A stretch of DNA of 64,000 nucleotides from Octopus bimaculoides. Its lineage: Eukaryota. The position numbers were made by a program, and so were the translations under genes. The notes beneath the pieces were generated by a model. The model was not told the origin of the DNA, searched no databases, and saw only the letters and a program-made list of their open reading frames with translations. The stretch is taken from contig NC_068992.1 of the NCBI RefSeq assembly GCF_001194135.2, positions 15,987,576-16,051,575 on the forward strand, in the 5' to 3' direction. Positions 26,524-39,212 of the stretch are shown here, piece by piece (within the stretch, counting starts at the first letter, position 1; each line of letters starts with the position of its first letter).

Positions 26524-27500
26524 NNNNNNNNNNNNNNNNNNNNNNNNNNNNNNNNNNNNNNNNNNNNNNNNNNNNNNNNNNNNNNNNNNNNNNNNNNNNN
26601 NNNNNNNNNNNNNNNNNNNNNNNNNNNNNNNNNNNNNNNNNNNNNNNNNNNNNNNNNNNNNNNNNNNNNNNNNNNNNNNNNNNNNNNNNNNNNNNNNNNN
26701 NNNNNNNNNNNNNNNNNNNNNNNNNNNNNNNNNNNNNNNNNNNNNNNNNNNNNNNNNNNNNNNNNNNNNNNNNNNNNNNNNNNNNNNNNNNNNNNNNNNN
26801 NNNNNNNNNNNNNNNNNNNNNNNNNNNNNNNNNNNNNNNNNNNNNNNNNNNNNNNNNNNNNNNNNNNNNNNNNNNNNNNNNNNNNNNNNNNNNNNNNNNN
26901 NNNNNNNNNNNNNNNNNNNNNNNNNNNNNNNNNNNNNNNNNNNNNNNNNNNNNNNNNNNNNNNNNNNNNNNNNNNNNNNNNNNNNNNNNNNNNNNNNNNN
27001 NNNNNNNNNNNNNNNNNNNNNNNNNNNNNNNNNNNNNNNNNNNNNNNNNNNNNNNNNNNNNNNNNNNNNNNNNNNNNNNNNNNNNNNNNNNNNNNNNNNN
27101 NNNNNNNNNNNNNNNNNNNNNNNNNNNNNNNNNNNNNNNNNNNNNNNNNNNNNNNNNNNNNNNNNNNNNNNNNNNNNNNNNNNNNNNNNNNNNNNNNNNN
27201 NNNNNNNNNNNNNNNNNNNNNNNNNNNNNNNNNNNNNNNNNNNNNNNNNNNNNNNNNNNNNNNTATATATATATATATTTATATATATATATATGTATAT
27301 ACATTCACATATATATTTATGTAATATTGTTGTGGCCTTGTTAAACCTCCAATAAAGCACGTCTATCCACCAATGTGGTGCTGAGCACTCATTCTCGCTG
27401 ATTGATGTTATATAGATAGACAGATACATACATACATGCATATATATATGCATACATATGTGTATATGTATATATGCTATTTATATACATATATACATGC

Positions 27501-27573
<73 letters not shown>

Positions 27574-27683
27574 TACATACGTACATATATATATGCATAT
27601 ATATATTTGATGCACATGTATGTATGTACTCATATAAGTGCATGTTCATATTTCATTAAATGATATACACATATATATATAGA

Positions 27684-27722
<39 letters not shown>

Positions 27723-29723
27723 GAAATATGTGTGTTATAGAGTGTGGGAACGCATGCATGTGTGCATGTGTAAATGTGTATGTGTGTATGTATATGTGTG
27801 TATGTTTATTTAAGCATGTGTTGATGCGCTCATGTGTTCTTTGCATACGCGGATAAAAGCCTGAAATAAAACTTATTTTCAATTTATCTTACAATTCTGT
27901 TTCCAATTTATCATATACCAAACTTGATAAATCCTATTTCTCTCAAGTGTAATGAAAATCTCTCTCTCTCTTTTTTCTCTGTCTCTCTATCTCTCTGCCT
28001 TTCACTCTCTTTGTCTCTGTCTGTCTGTCTCTCTCGCTCTCTCGCTCTCTCTCTTTATATAATATATATAATTATATACAAACACCCATATATATATATA
28101 ATTATATACAAACACCCATATATATATATATNNNNNNNNNNNNNNNNNNNNNNNNNNNNNNNNNNNNNNNNNNNNNNNNNNNNNNNNNNNNNNNNNNNNN
28201 NNNNNNNNNNNNNNNNNNNNNNNNNNNNNNNNNNNNNNNNNNNNNNNNNNNNNNNNNNNNNNNNNNNNNNNNNNNNNNNNNNNNNNNNNNNNNNNNNNNN
28301 NNNNNNNNNNNNNNNNNNNNNNNNNNNNNNNNNNNNNNNNNNNNNNNNNNNNNNNNNNNNNNNNNNNNNNNNNNNNNNNNNNNNNNNNNNNNNNNNNNNN
28401 NNNNNNNNNNNNNNNNNNNNNNNNNNNNNNNNNNNNNNNNNNNNNNNNNNNNNNNNNNNNNNNNNNNNNNNNNNNNNNNNNNNNNNNNNNNNNNNNNNNN
28501 NNNNNNNNNNNNNNNNNNNNNNNNNNNNNNNNNNNNNNNNNNNNNNNNNNNNNNNNNNNNNNNNNNNNNNNNNNNNNNNNNNNNNNNNNNNNNNNNNNNN
28601 NNNNNNNNNNNNNNNNNNNNNNNNNNNNNNNNNNNNTTTTAGTTTTCACTGATTTTTTTCCTTTCCACTCAAAACAGAAAAAAAGGAAGTTATTCCAAAT
28701 AATAACGACAATACTATTCTCAACAAAATATATGACGAAGATTTGTTTAAATTGAAGCTTTCTATAGAATTGTTTGCTATAAAAATCTATTTATTTAATT
28801 GGACTGCATATAAAGTATTGATTTATTTTACGTATATAAAGGCTAAAACGACAACTGAAACGATTGGTTTAGTAAATTGAATTTAATAATTAACGGTAGG
28901 CTGTTGTGTATATTTATAATACAAAAGAATTCATTATTCTACTACCAGGATAGATGAAAGGCAAATCCGATTCTAGTCAGATACGAAACTTTGATGTTAG
29001 TGAAACGTGGAGAATATTGAGAAGCATTTATTTTTCTTTATGTTTTTGATGATTTTTCCATCATTGTAATTAGTATAATTAATGTAATTAAAACCAGATG
29101 AGATTTAAAAATCAGGATAAACTAATTTTCACATTTTTATAAAACTTTCTAAACAATTTCTAAATGTTAGTAATCACACATGTATATGTGTGCGTGTGTG
29201 TATGTGTGTGAATGCGTATGTGTGCGTGCGTGTATGTATGTGTATATATATANNNNNNNNNNNNNNNNNNNNNNNNNNNNNNNNNNNNNNNNNNNNNNNN
29301 NNNNNNNNNNNNNNNNNNNNNNNNNNNNNNNNNNNNNNNNNNNNNNNNNNNNNNNNNNNNNNNNNNNNNNNNNNNNNNNNNNNNNNNNNNNNNNNNNNNN
29401 NNNNNNNNNNNNNNNNNNNNNNNNNNNNNNNNNNNNNNNNNNNNNNNNNNNNNNNNNNNNNNNNNNNNNNNNNNNNNNNNNNNNNNNNNNNNNNNNNNNN
29501 NNNNNNNNNNNNNNNNNNNATATATATATATATATATCTGTGTGTGTATGTGTGTCTCTGTGTGTCTCTGTGTGTGAACTTACGCTCTAGATCCAGAGAT
29601 GCAACTGGCTTAATTACCATAAATACGTATTCGATATTGATATTATATTAGGACAATTCTCAGTTAATTATGGTGGTTACAGTATCCTCCTCCTCCTCCT
29701 CCTCGTCGTCGTCATCGTCGTCG

Positions 29724-29763
<40 letters not shown>

Positions 29764-29989
29764 CATCAACATCATCATCTTATTCATTGTCGACATCATC
29801 AATTCTCATCCCCATCTGTTTTTTAAAATGATAAAGGTATAGTTGAATGAAACGTATAAGGATATTCCTAGCAAAAAAATTGCTTGACTAAAACGGGCCT
29901 CATCACACAACCATACTTCTGCCACAATAATTTTCACTGAAAGATTATTCCAGCTTCTCACAGTATATAGGAACCACTAATGGATTGGT

Positions 29990-30450
29990 TTAAGCGTCAT
30001 GCCTTCTCCAAAAAATAATATCGTGCAGGATATTAAAGCGACCATCATACACCAGGCAACAAACTTATTCAAATTGTATAAATTATTTTGCTCTTTAATT
30101 AACGGTAACAATGATTACAAGTATCCAACAGAGTCCCTGCATTCTCTTCAGTCTCTTTGTTTCTTCCTGCAATTATAACTAGGTGTACCTATTGTGTTGC
30201 AGCGAACTTTGGATACTCCGAACTCTTGTGACGATACAAAACTTTATGTTCTGTAGGATCGAAGCCATCATTATGACTGGTTATGCAAGATGCGTTGTTT
30301 TCATTCCACGCAATCACCGAATCCCATCAGATACCAAACACATTCAGTTTCGAAGGTCTTCGTTTTTCTATAACTATCAATAAACTTCCTGAAAGTGCCT
30401 GGGGCTCGCTGAAGTAGTGAACAAACAAGTCCATGTTTCTCTCACTCCCA
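29990..30450 (-). pseudogene. decayed piggyBac-like transposase fragment
   Basis: VIAWNENNASCITSHNDGFDP...AGTLLDTCNHCYR*LKSK...FVAWCMMVALI resembles the piggyBac WxDNxxVxxASN...MGGVDLLD...Y...KKW...FxW.LDVA region; many stops and frameshifts. Confidence 0.55.
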
Positions 30451-30824
30451 ACTCAATGTTGCATTCTAACATACTTGGTGTAGCTGATATACATGCAATA
30501 AACTATCAAACTACAGAGTAAGAAATATCGTTTTCCTTGGGGTCTTTGTTGAATAAAACAAATTTCTGCCTTACCTGTTGCGTATTCTTATTCAACAAAA
30601 ACGCATGAATTAAATCGTAATGATATTATTACCTTAGTTCTCAAGATTGCACTTACCGATTTTCACAATCTCAGAAAATTCACACACCAAGAAAAGAAAA
30701 GAAAAGAAAATTAGAAAACATAACTCGTGTCTCCATTACAATATATATATATATATATATATATTGGATAGAAAAAATAATATATAATAATTTTTAAGTC
30801 ATTTAAATTTTTACAAAAGAAAAG

Positions 30825-30945
30825 TTTCTGCTTAGAAGCTTGCTTTCCAACCACATAGTTCCGTGTTCAGTCCCACTGCGTAGTACTTTGGGCCGACCAA
30901 AGACTTGAGAGTGGATTTGGTAGACGGAAACTGAAAAAGCCCATC

Positions 30946-30992
<47 letters not shown>

Positions 30993-31216
30993 TGTGTGTG
31001 TGTGTTTGTGTGACTGTGTTAGTCCGCCCCGCCATCGCTTGACAACCGATGGTGGTGTGTTTTCCTCCCCGTATCTTAGCAGTTCGGTAAAAGTAACCGA
31101 TAAAATAAGTATTAGGCTTAGAAAAATCAAGTCCTGAAGTCAATTTGTTCGATTAAAGGCGCTGCTTCAGCATGGCCACCGTCAGGTGATTGAAACAAGT
31201 AAAAGAATAAAAGAAT
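30825..31216 (+). mobile_element. SINE family A, full length with internal (TA)n(TG)n
   Basis: head, GAGTGGATTTGGTAGACGGAAACTG, microsatellite, CATCGCTTGACAACCGATG, tail and (TAAAAGAA)n. Confidence 0.88.
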
Positions 31217-31261
31217 ATTGGGCACCCGAGAAAAGCAGAGTAACTCCACTATTGATATGTC

Positions 31262-31640
31262 CATCCTTGCTCAAGTTTAGTCCAATGCTGGACGAATGCC
31301 TCAGCATGTTCTTTCTACCAACCGCAGTTTGATATTTTACTCATCCATATTTAGGAACCGAAGACTTTAACAAAGTCTTCATTTCAACTTCTGCGTGGTC
31401 TTGTCATATTTTTCTGGATATGTTGTCCACTCTGTCAATTTGCTATTTCATTTATTGTCCTTTCTTCTAAATACATCTCCCGCCAAAGACTATGTCAGAG
31501 ACTTTATTTTCCAGGTCCTATCCGGCAAAACTGTTGACACTCTTAACCTGTTGCTTTATGCTGTTGTTTCTCCACTTCTCCATTTTATTAACCTTCTTTC
31601 CATGGCTCCTTGTATTGATCTTAATCTATTTTCATTGTAA
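31262..31640 (-). mobile_element. RTE LINE, C-terminal fragment
   Basis: RLRSIQGAMERRLI...IKSLT*SLAGDVFRRKDNK*NSKLTEW...EAFVQHWT matches the RTE end (QRAMER...KWxWAGHVARRxDNRW...EAYVQQWT). Confidence 0.78.
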
Positions 31641-31784
31641 GTATGTATGTATGTATGTATGTATGTATAGATGTATGTGAGTGTGTGCACGTGTATGAGT
31701 ATGTGCGTGCGCGCGCGCGTGTCTGTGGTGTATGTGTGTGTGTGCGCGCGTTTGAATACTACTCTGAACGGATGAAAGCAAAGA

Positions 31785-31885
31785 TGACCTGAGAGGCGGA
31801 ATTTGAAGTCAGAGCATAAATACGGGGAACAGCTACCATTAAGCATTTTAGTCAGAGCGCTAGCAATTCTGACATCTCACCACCT
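31785..31885 (-). mobile_element. SINE family B, head fragment
   Basis: GGCGGAATTTGAAGTCAGAGC...TAAGCATTT...GCTAGCAATTCTG...CTCACCACC. Confidence 0.6.
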
Positions 31886-32394
31886 AAATAACAATTCTGA
31901 CTATAATCGTAAGGTTAAGCAAAGTTTATGGAAGATATTGATCAAAGAGCAAGTTATATTTGCAACTGTATGATACCATTGTTTGTTTTGGTAATATCAC
32001 GGTGTTTGTTTGGCCTATCCTGTAAAAGCGCTGCCAAATGACCGCTGGAAACAGTAAACAATATTTCTACCTAATATCATGACGAATCAATATGAATCTG
32101 AAGATATAATATGGAGACCGACAATATGCATCAGAACTTTAAATCTTCCCCATCTAATTTCTAGCAGATGTGAGAGCATTTATATGTTCATTCGACAGCC
32201 TAGAATTTGTGGTGGAAATTCCTGTCACATCAATATATAACCTCTTAAGAAAAAAGACAAGATTACGTAAGAAAACGTGCTTTCTATTAGTGTCTTAAGT
32301 AGTCAATGTTCATTTTATCTTCTCAAGAATAATATGGACAGAGAAAAGACAATGTGGAGAAAAAAGATTTATTTAGAGATTAGAGTTACGTAAA

Positions 32395-32880
32395 GTGTCG
32401 GTAAGCTGCCGAGTTCGATACGTACGCAATCTCCCACATTTATCAGTCTCCTGCCTGCATTTGCTCTCTTCATGTATTGGCGATCAATGTCTAGAAAGAT
32501 GATGGGTGCCATTGCATTGTTAGAAGCTATCTTGTCTTCCTTTACAACTCCTTTAATTCATCCATTGTCCAATGCAGAATTCCTGCGTTATACCGAACCC
32601 CTGCGACTGCGAACAATATTATTGCGGAAATCAGGTTTCTGGCATTCAAATTTTGTCTAATATTTTTCTCAATCCCCGCAGATACTCTTTTTTTGTCTTT
32701 TCTATCATACCATTTTTGCTTAATTCCATGTGCCTCAAATATTCCTCGGTATTTATGTACGGGTTCCGTTTCAATCGCCTTCAACATTTCACCACTTGAT
32801 ATGCACATGCCGTCTTTTCTGACAGGTTTTCCTCGTCTTATCACCGTCGTAGTACATTTTGAAAGTCCATAATTCATCTT
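32395..32880 (-). mobile_element. R4/Dong-like RLE LINE, RT C-terminal fragment
   Basis: MNYGLSKC...RGK...YRGIFEAHGIK...LNARNLISAI..FAVAGVRYNAGILHWTMDELKEL...MKRANAGRRLINVGDCV. Confidence 0.88.
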
Positions 32881-33015
32881 GATATCATGTGAAAAAAATA
32901 CGCACAGACTGGACTAAGCTGTCGAGTTTTGCCTCTTTCTTTCGAATAACATCGAATCATACATGAACAGCCTTTATTTTGTCCTCTGCAGTATTTAACC
33001 TCCTCCTCCTCCTCC

Positions 33016-33058
<43 letters not shown>

Positions 33059-34544
33059 TACCAATCAATTTGATGGGTGGGTGCGAGAATTTGTCGTAAT
33101 TGCTCGCGTCAGATCAGGGCCGAGCATGCAATCTATTCATTTGGGGTTGACGAAGGAGATGTCCCTCGAGCACTGAATCTATGGAATGCATCCTTCTCTC
33201 TTCCCGATACCCAAAATCTTGTGGCATTTTACCAAGGTTTAGAAATCTTTTGAAAGTTTTTGTTGGTAGATTCCTTCACTGTTACAACTACGAACTAGAA
33301 AAGGCTTCTGGAAATTGTATAACAAGCAAGCGGTTATTGGTTTAAGTATATAGCGTGAACGCGTGTATGCGTGAGCGTTTTGTGTGTGCGTCTGTATGTG
33401 TGTATTTGTGCGTGTGTATATGTATGAATACGTGTGTGTGTGAGTGAGAGAACAAGACACGGCGAGGGATAAGTTTAGGACTGAAAGAGTAGACATGACA
33501 TATAGAAAGAGGGGGTCATGTGCTGGGCTTGTTAATATTTATATAGACTTAGCGAGTGCAGAAGACCGGAAGGCATTCCGGTAGCGTGAGGTATACTTAG
33601 GGAGATATTGTCAATGATAACTAATTGTATCATTCTAGTGAGAGATTCTTCGTTAATGATCCGCGTGCCGTTTGTTTTTATCCCATACAGAATGTAAGAA
33701 TTACTGCTGGACTCCAAATTATTACATGAGTGTTGCAATGAGATCTTGTTCCATTGATAGTTGTACCTTTTATCAAAAACATACATGAATTAAGATGGCT
33801 TCATACAAAAACTGATGCGGAGTTGCCAATTCAACTCATTATGAATCTACTCTCTGTACACTGATACAATTATTCGCCTTCCTAGGTTTTCATTTATTCA
33901 CAAAAGTAAATATTTGTCGATTTGTGTATTTGGGAATTTCATATGGATTTCAAATGGGTTGCATTTGTTGGTAACGGAGAGCAAAAATTATGAATAATAT
34001 ACGATAAAGAATATTTTCGCTTTCACCAATCCATTCTTTCGTAATACATTTATCTACAAGTAATTGTATCAGATATTCTATGTTAGTTTATTTTTTATAT
34101 ATTCATTTATCAATAAGAAAGTGATAAACAAATTATACAAATATAAAAGAAAACAAAATTATCTTCAAATATTTTCTTTCTTTCTTCGCTTCAAGACATT
34201 GTCAATGTTTTGTTCTTTTTCTCTATACAAAATAATAACACATTTGTTGCACATATTTCTCTTTTTATTCTGTCATCGTGAGTTTCATCATTTTTGTTCT
34301 TTTAAATCTTTTCTGTGTACATATGGCTTTTTTTCATATTTGATTCTAGGTATAGCATTTGGTTGTACGACCAACAAAGATACAATAATCAATAAAATTC
34401 CTCTGCAATCTCTGCAAAGTTCTTTAAGTGTCTTCAGCGATAAAATGGCAATGTGTTGGTAAAACAAAACCTTGATACTACAATGAGGACTGGTCACTGA
34501 CTGAGTCGTTTGATACCACTTATTTGCAATATCTCTTACTCTAT

Positions 34545-34765
34545 AACGCGGCGAGCTGGCAGAAACATTAGCACGCCGGGCGAAATGCATAGCGGTATTT
34601 CGTCTGTTTTTATGTTCTGAGTTCAAATTCCGCTGACGTCGACTTCGCTTTTTATCCTTTCGGGGGTCAATAAATTAAGTACCAGGTACGTTCTGGGGTC
34701 GATCTAATCGACTGGCCCCCCTCCCCCAAAATTTCAGCCCTAATGTCTAGAGTAGAAGAAAATAT
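34545..34765 (+). mobile_element. SINE family B
   Basis: GCGGCGAGCTGGCAGAAACATTAGCACGCCGGGCGAAATGC... Confidence 0.88.
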
Positions 34766-35500
34766 TTATTCCTCTGTTTTCCACTTCAGATCACCAAGGA
34801 AAATTCTTGCCAAAAGAAATGTTGCAAGGATATCTAATGATCTAATACTCGGTCACAATGATGATCAGCGGGGAGATAATGATGATTACAGTCGTAATGA
34901 TCGTAATGGTAGCGATCAGGTTGATGGTTATGATGATTGTGATAATTGTTATTACAATTTCTAAAAGCAGTTCAAACCCACACAGCAAGGGGTAAGCTAC
35001 TTTCCATTAAATGTACGCTACTACTAATCTATTGGTAACTAGTGGGACCTGTGGAAATTTCACTGAACGAATGATTTTTATTTTGGTGGACTCATGACTC
35101 TTGATGATATATTTGTGGTTGTGTATGTGTATGTGAGTAAGTGTATGTACGGGTGTATATATATATATACTAAACTTAATTTATAATCAGCTGGGCTACT
35201 ATTCGTAACATCAGTGTATGTTTAGAGAGGGCAAAATCTTGTTCGAGCATGTGGCTTGTTACAATAACACACCATTGGAAAGGTTCTAAAAGGCCGTTCC
35301 TGTGACGACTTTTCCTTTCCCTCTTGTCACTCTCTCGCTTCCACCATTTCTCTCTCTCTCTCTCTCTTTCTCTATGATATTTATTGAATTTTTAACATAG
35401 ACAGTCCGTAAGAGATGTTATTTCGGAACAAATACCGTAGTAACTGGTCTATCAACAGTGTGTATACGCACGCACGCACGCGCACACGCACACACACACA

Positions 35501-35549
<49 letters not shown>

Positions 35550-35864
35550 CTCTATTTACATGCATGTTTATATCTACATACGTACATACATACATACATA
35601 CATACATGCATTCGCTAATTACGAACAATTGCATTGAGACCTAGTGCGTCTATGTCCGGATTATAAATTCACATTGAAACCAATTATAATAAGTGCGCTT
35701 GGTTTTAGTGAGTGATTAAATGCCTATGTAATAATCTGGATAAAGTAGGGTTTTCAGAAAAAGAAATAAACCAGCTAATTTGCACATTACAAATTTAATT
35801 TGTAAGCGGAACGGTAAGATCATGCAAGACATTTCTCAAGTTTAAAATGTGTTGTTGTGGGTAT

Positions 35865-35925
35865 TTATTTATTTATTTATGTGTTTCAGCCAAGTGGCTG
35901 CGGTCATGCTGGTGCACCACCGTAA
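35865..35925 (-). mobile_element. isolated SINE/LINE 3' tail
   Basis: reverse complement GGTGGTGCACCAGCATGACCGCAGCCACTTGGCTGAAACAC followed by (ATAA)n. Confidence 0.65.
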
Positions 35926-36736
35926 TTGTGTAATTGGTTATGGCAGAAGTTCTTTTTATCAGAACCAGATCTTCAATATCTAAATGGCTCCCAGTCCCTC
36001 ATGTCAGCTAACTATTCTCAACTATAAATGTACTTTTTACCCTCTCAACGCCGTTGACTGTTTACCGATAAAAAAAAAGAGAAAATTCGTCAAATTTAGT
36101 TCGAACACCCGGTACAATCCAGCGATGGAGCTTTGTACCTCTATTCGAAACCACCTCATTCGTCGGTGGAAATTTAAAATGCTTAAAACAGAAAAGAACA
36201 CAACGTAAACAAGAATACACATAGAGCTGCTCGTTCCAGTGTATGCGTAAATATGCTTTAGATATACATGTAATACACCATATTATTGTATGCGCAATTT
36301 CCGACAGTTTTCAAACGTCTGTTGTTATCGTAGCGAATCATAGCAACATACACCCCATCAGATTGGCCGATACTTCAACAATTGAGAAGGACAAACTCAT
36401 TCCATTTGATCTAACAATTTCGAGCAGAAATTCTATCTAATTATCCAATAATTACTAAAATCTAAAACTTGTCAATTAAACATTATATACGTAATTAAAT
36501 TTCTCCATTAGAAATAATGATTAGTTTCAGCCAAATCATTACTTACACATGCAAATAACTTAACTCGCAATGCAATTACATCTGATTGTTTCTTATTATA
36601 TTACTAATGGGCTGGTCTATCATGTTTCATATAAATTATTTAGAATTATATAAATTATTATCTTTCTGCATCCTGTTAAATTACAAGATAAACGAAGATT
36701 GCTTTATGACAAACTTGATACGTTTTCGTAAGTCTA

Positions 36737-36739
<3 letters not shown>

Positions 36740-36814
<75 letters not shown>

Positions 36815-36818
36815 TTAC

Positions 36819-36867
<49 letters not shown>

Positions 36868-36870
36868 GTT
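36740..36870. repeat. (ATT)n microsatellite
   Basis: long trinucleotide array. Confidence 0.96.
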
Positions 36871-36883
36871 ATTGTTATCATTA

Positions 36884-37035
36884 CGATGGTGACAAGATGG
36901 CAGAATCGTTAGCACGCCGGAAAAATTGCTTAGTAACATTTTGCCCGTCTTTACATTTCTGACTTCAAATTCTGCTGAGGTTGACTTTTCGTTTCATCCC
37001 TTCGGAATTGATAAAAAAAAAGTACCAGTTGAGTA
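36884..37035 (+). mobile_element. SINE family B
   Basis: GGTGACAAGATGGCAGAATCGTTAGCACGCCGG... Confidence 0.8.
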
Positions 37036-37059
37036 CTACGTTCGTTTGTTTTCTTTCTC

Positions 37060-37292
37060 TTTTTCTATCCTTTCAATACTCCCTCCTTCCTGACTGTCAT
37101 TAGCAAGGTTTCCTAACATAGGGCTAGGTATCTCATAAAGCTCTCGAGATCGATACATACACAATCTTCCACACTTATCAGTTCTCTTCCTCCATTTACT
37201 CTCTTCATGTAGAGGCAATTAGTGACGTAGTGGTTAAGAGCGCGGGTTACTAACCTCAAGATTCTGAGTTCGATTCCAGGCAGTGACCTGAA

Positions 37293-37360
<68 letters not shown>

Positions 37361-37712
37361 ATAATAATAATAATAATAATAATAATGACAACGACATCGA
37401 AAAATACCTTATCAGTGACTACACGTGGGTGATGGGCTTCATGCATCATTAGGAGCTTTCTTGACTTCCTGCCTATTACATTTAGCTCCTCGTCTGTCCA
37501 CTGCGGGATTCCAGCATGAGACTGAACTACTGCGAATGCATACGAGTTTATTGCCGAAACTATGATTCTGGCATTCAATTTTGCAGACAATATCTCTCTC
37601 ACGTCTCTCTTCCTCCATGTCGCTGTGTTTAATTCTGTCTGACTCACGTATTTCCAGGTGTTTATAACTAGATTGAGGTTGAATTGCCTTCATCATTTCA
37701 CCACATGACTTC
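37060..37712 (-). mobile_element. R4/Dong-like RLE LINE fragment interrupted by a family C SINE
   Basis: GEMMKAIQ..SYKHLEIRESDRIKHSDM.../ILSAKLNAR.IVSAINSYAFAVV..HAGIPQWTDEEL..IGRKSRKLLMMHEAHHPRVVTD|CLYMKRVNGGRELISVEDCV...TVRKEGVL. Confidence 0.88.
37227..37410 (+). mobile_element. SINE family C (tRNA-Arg-like head + (TAC)n(TAA)n), 3'-truncated
   Basis: GTAGTGGTTAAGAGCGCGGG...GAGTTCGATTCCAGGCAGTGACCTGAA, same as 50667-50833; flanked by ATTAGTGAC / ATCAGTGAC. Confidence 0.85.
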
Positions 37713-38257
37713 TTAAGTATGTATATGTATGTATATGCACATGACGGACTTTCGTAAAATATCTGCTTACCAGATTCCGCTGAAATGTTACAAGTTAATG
37801 CAAGGTTATGGTAAAAGACAAGACATTTCCCCCAAAGAAATACGAACCTATTTTCTGAATCACATAGGCATATCTTTCCATTAGGAGAACTGTATAGACA
37901 AACGACATATTGAATGCTTGAAGAGCAGAGTTGACAGCCTCCCAGGAGTAGTATTTTGAAAGTCCTGTTTCTCAATTGTCTAGTTCTCTGCTGGATATTT
38001 TTACAATATATTTACAGTATAGTTAATTAAGTTGCAAATATTTATTTTTTGAATTCTGGATATTTTCCCAGTTTCTTTGATGTAGATATTTCTGAAGATT
38101 GCATCGTGACAGTAGCAGCAGTAGAAACGTATTGATAATTTTAGATGGATAACAGAGCAATGTTAAAAATATTAGCACAGAAACGGGATTTTGATAAAAT
38201 GTTCGGAAACTAAAATGACAAAAATAATCCTTTATACTATGGGGACAATGTCTGAAA

Positions 38258-38438
38258 TTTGGAGAAAGGGGATAATCACATCGATTCCAGTGCTCAATCT
38301 GATGCTATTTCATCGATCCCAGAAGAGATGAAAGGCAAAGGCAACGTCAGCAGTATTTGAAGTCAGAAAATTAAGAGGAATGAAATACTGCTAAGCCTTT
38401 TTTCGAAGTGCTGATGGTTCTGTCAGCTTGCCGCCTTA
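38258..38438 (-). mobile_element. SINE family B, degenerate
   Basis: GATGAAAGGCAAAG...TAAGC...CAGCTTGCCGCCTTAA. Confidence 0.7.
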
Positions 38439-38610
38439 AGGTGATAAAATAATCAGAAACATTTCAACGTGCTGAAGCATGAGCGAATGAAGTTTGTCAG
38501 GCTGCAAGTTTAGCAACCGAAAAAACTTTAAATAACACCTAAGATCTTAAGTAAAAAAAAAAGGATATACTGATATAAGTGTCTCTGACCAAAAACGAAA
38601 AAGAAAAGTA

Positions 38611-38848
38611 CAGTAATTCCTCGCCATATCGGGATTCACCTATCGCAGTTCACCCATCACGGTTTATTGTTCAAGCTTATGCCGATTCCTCTGTGGTGTT
38701 GTTTTGCATTTATAATAAAATAAATATACACAAATTATAAAAATGATAATAAAAGATATATACAATACAGTACTGTTTCTACTTCGGAGATTTTTGCTTA
38801 TCGTGGGGTTTTAGGAACGTAACACCCGCGATAGTCGAATTATTACTG
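38611..38848. mobile_element. Tigger/pogo-like MITE
   Basis: TA|CAGTAATTCCTCGCCATATCG ... CGCGATAGTCGAATTATTACTG|TA: imperfect TIRs starting CAGT and a TA target duplication. Confidence 0.65.
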
Positions 38849-39003
38849 TAGTAACAAAACAGAATGACGTCAAATGTAACTTGTAAGACCAAGAAGAACG
38901 GATCTGGTGATTAAGTGTACCTAAGATTAAACAACAGTAATAACAACAGTATCATAAGAACATTTATGTACTAATAATTAATTTCAATATTAATTATACA
39001 TCC

Positions 39004-39212
39004 AAGGCGGTGAGCTGGCAGAATCGTTAATATGCGGGCAAAATGCTTAGCAATTTTTCGTCCTTCTTTACGGTCTCCGTTCGAGGTTGACTTTGCCTTT
39101 CATCATTTCGTGGTTGATAAAAGAAATATTAGTTGAACACTCGGATCGATGTAATTTATTTGCCCTCTCCCCCAAACCTGCTGACCTTGTGCCAAAATTT
39201 AGATCCAATATT
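39004..39212 (+). mobile_element. SINE family B
   Basis: AAGGCGGTGAGCTGGCAGAATCGTTAA...CTTGTGCCAAAATTT. Confidence 0.82.

Noticed and set aside
34200-34520. Possible piggyBac C-terminal Cys-rich remnant
   Set aside because: Only scattered residues resemble it; too degenerate to call.
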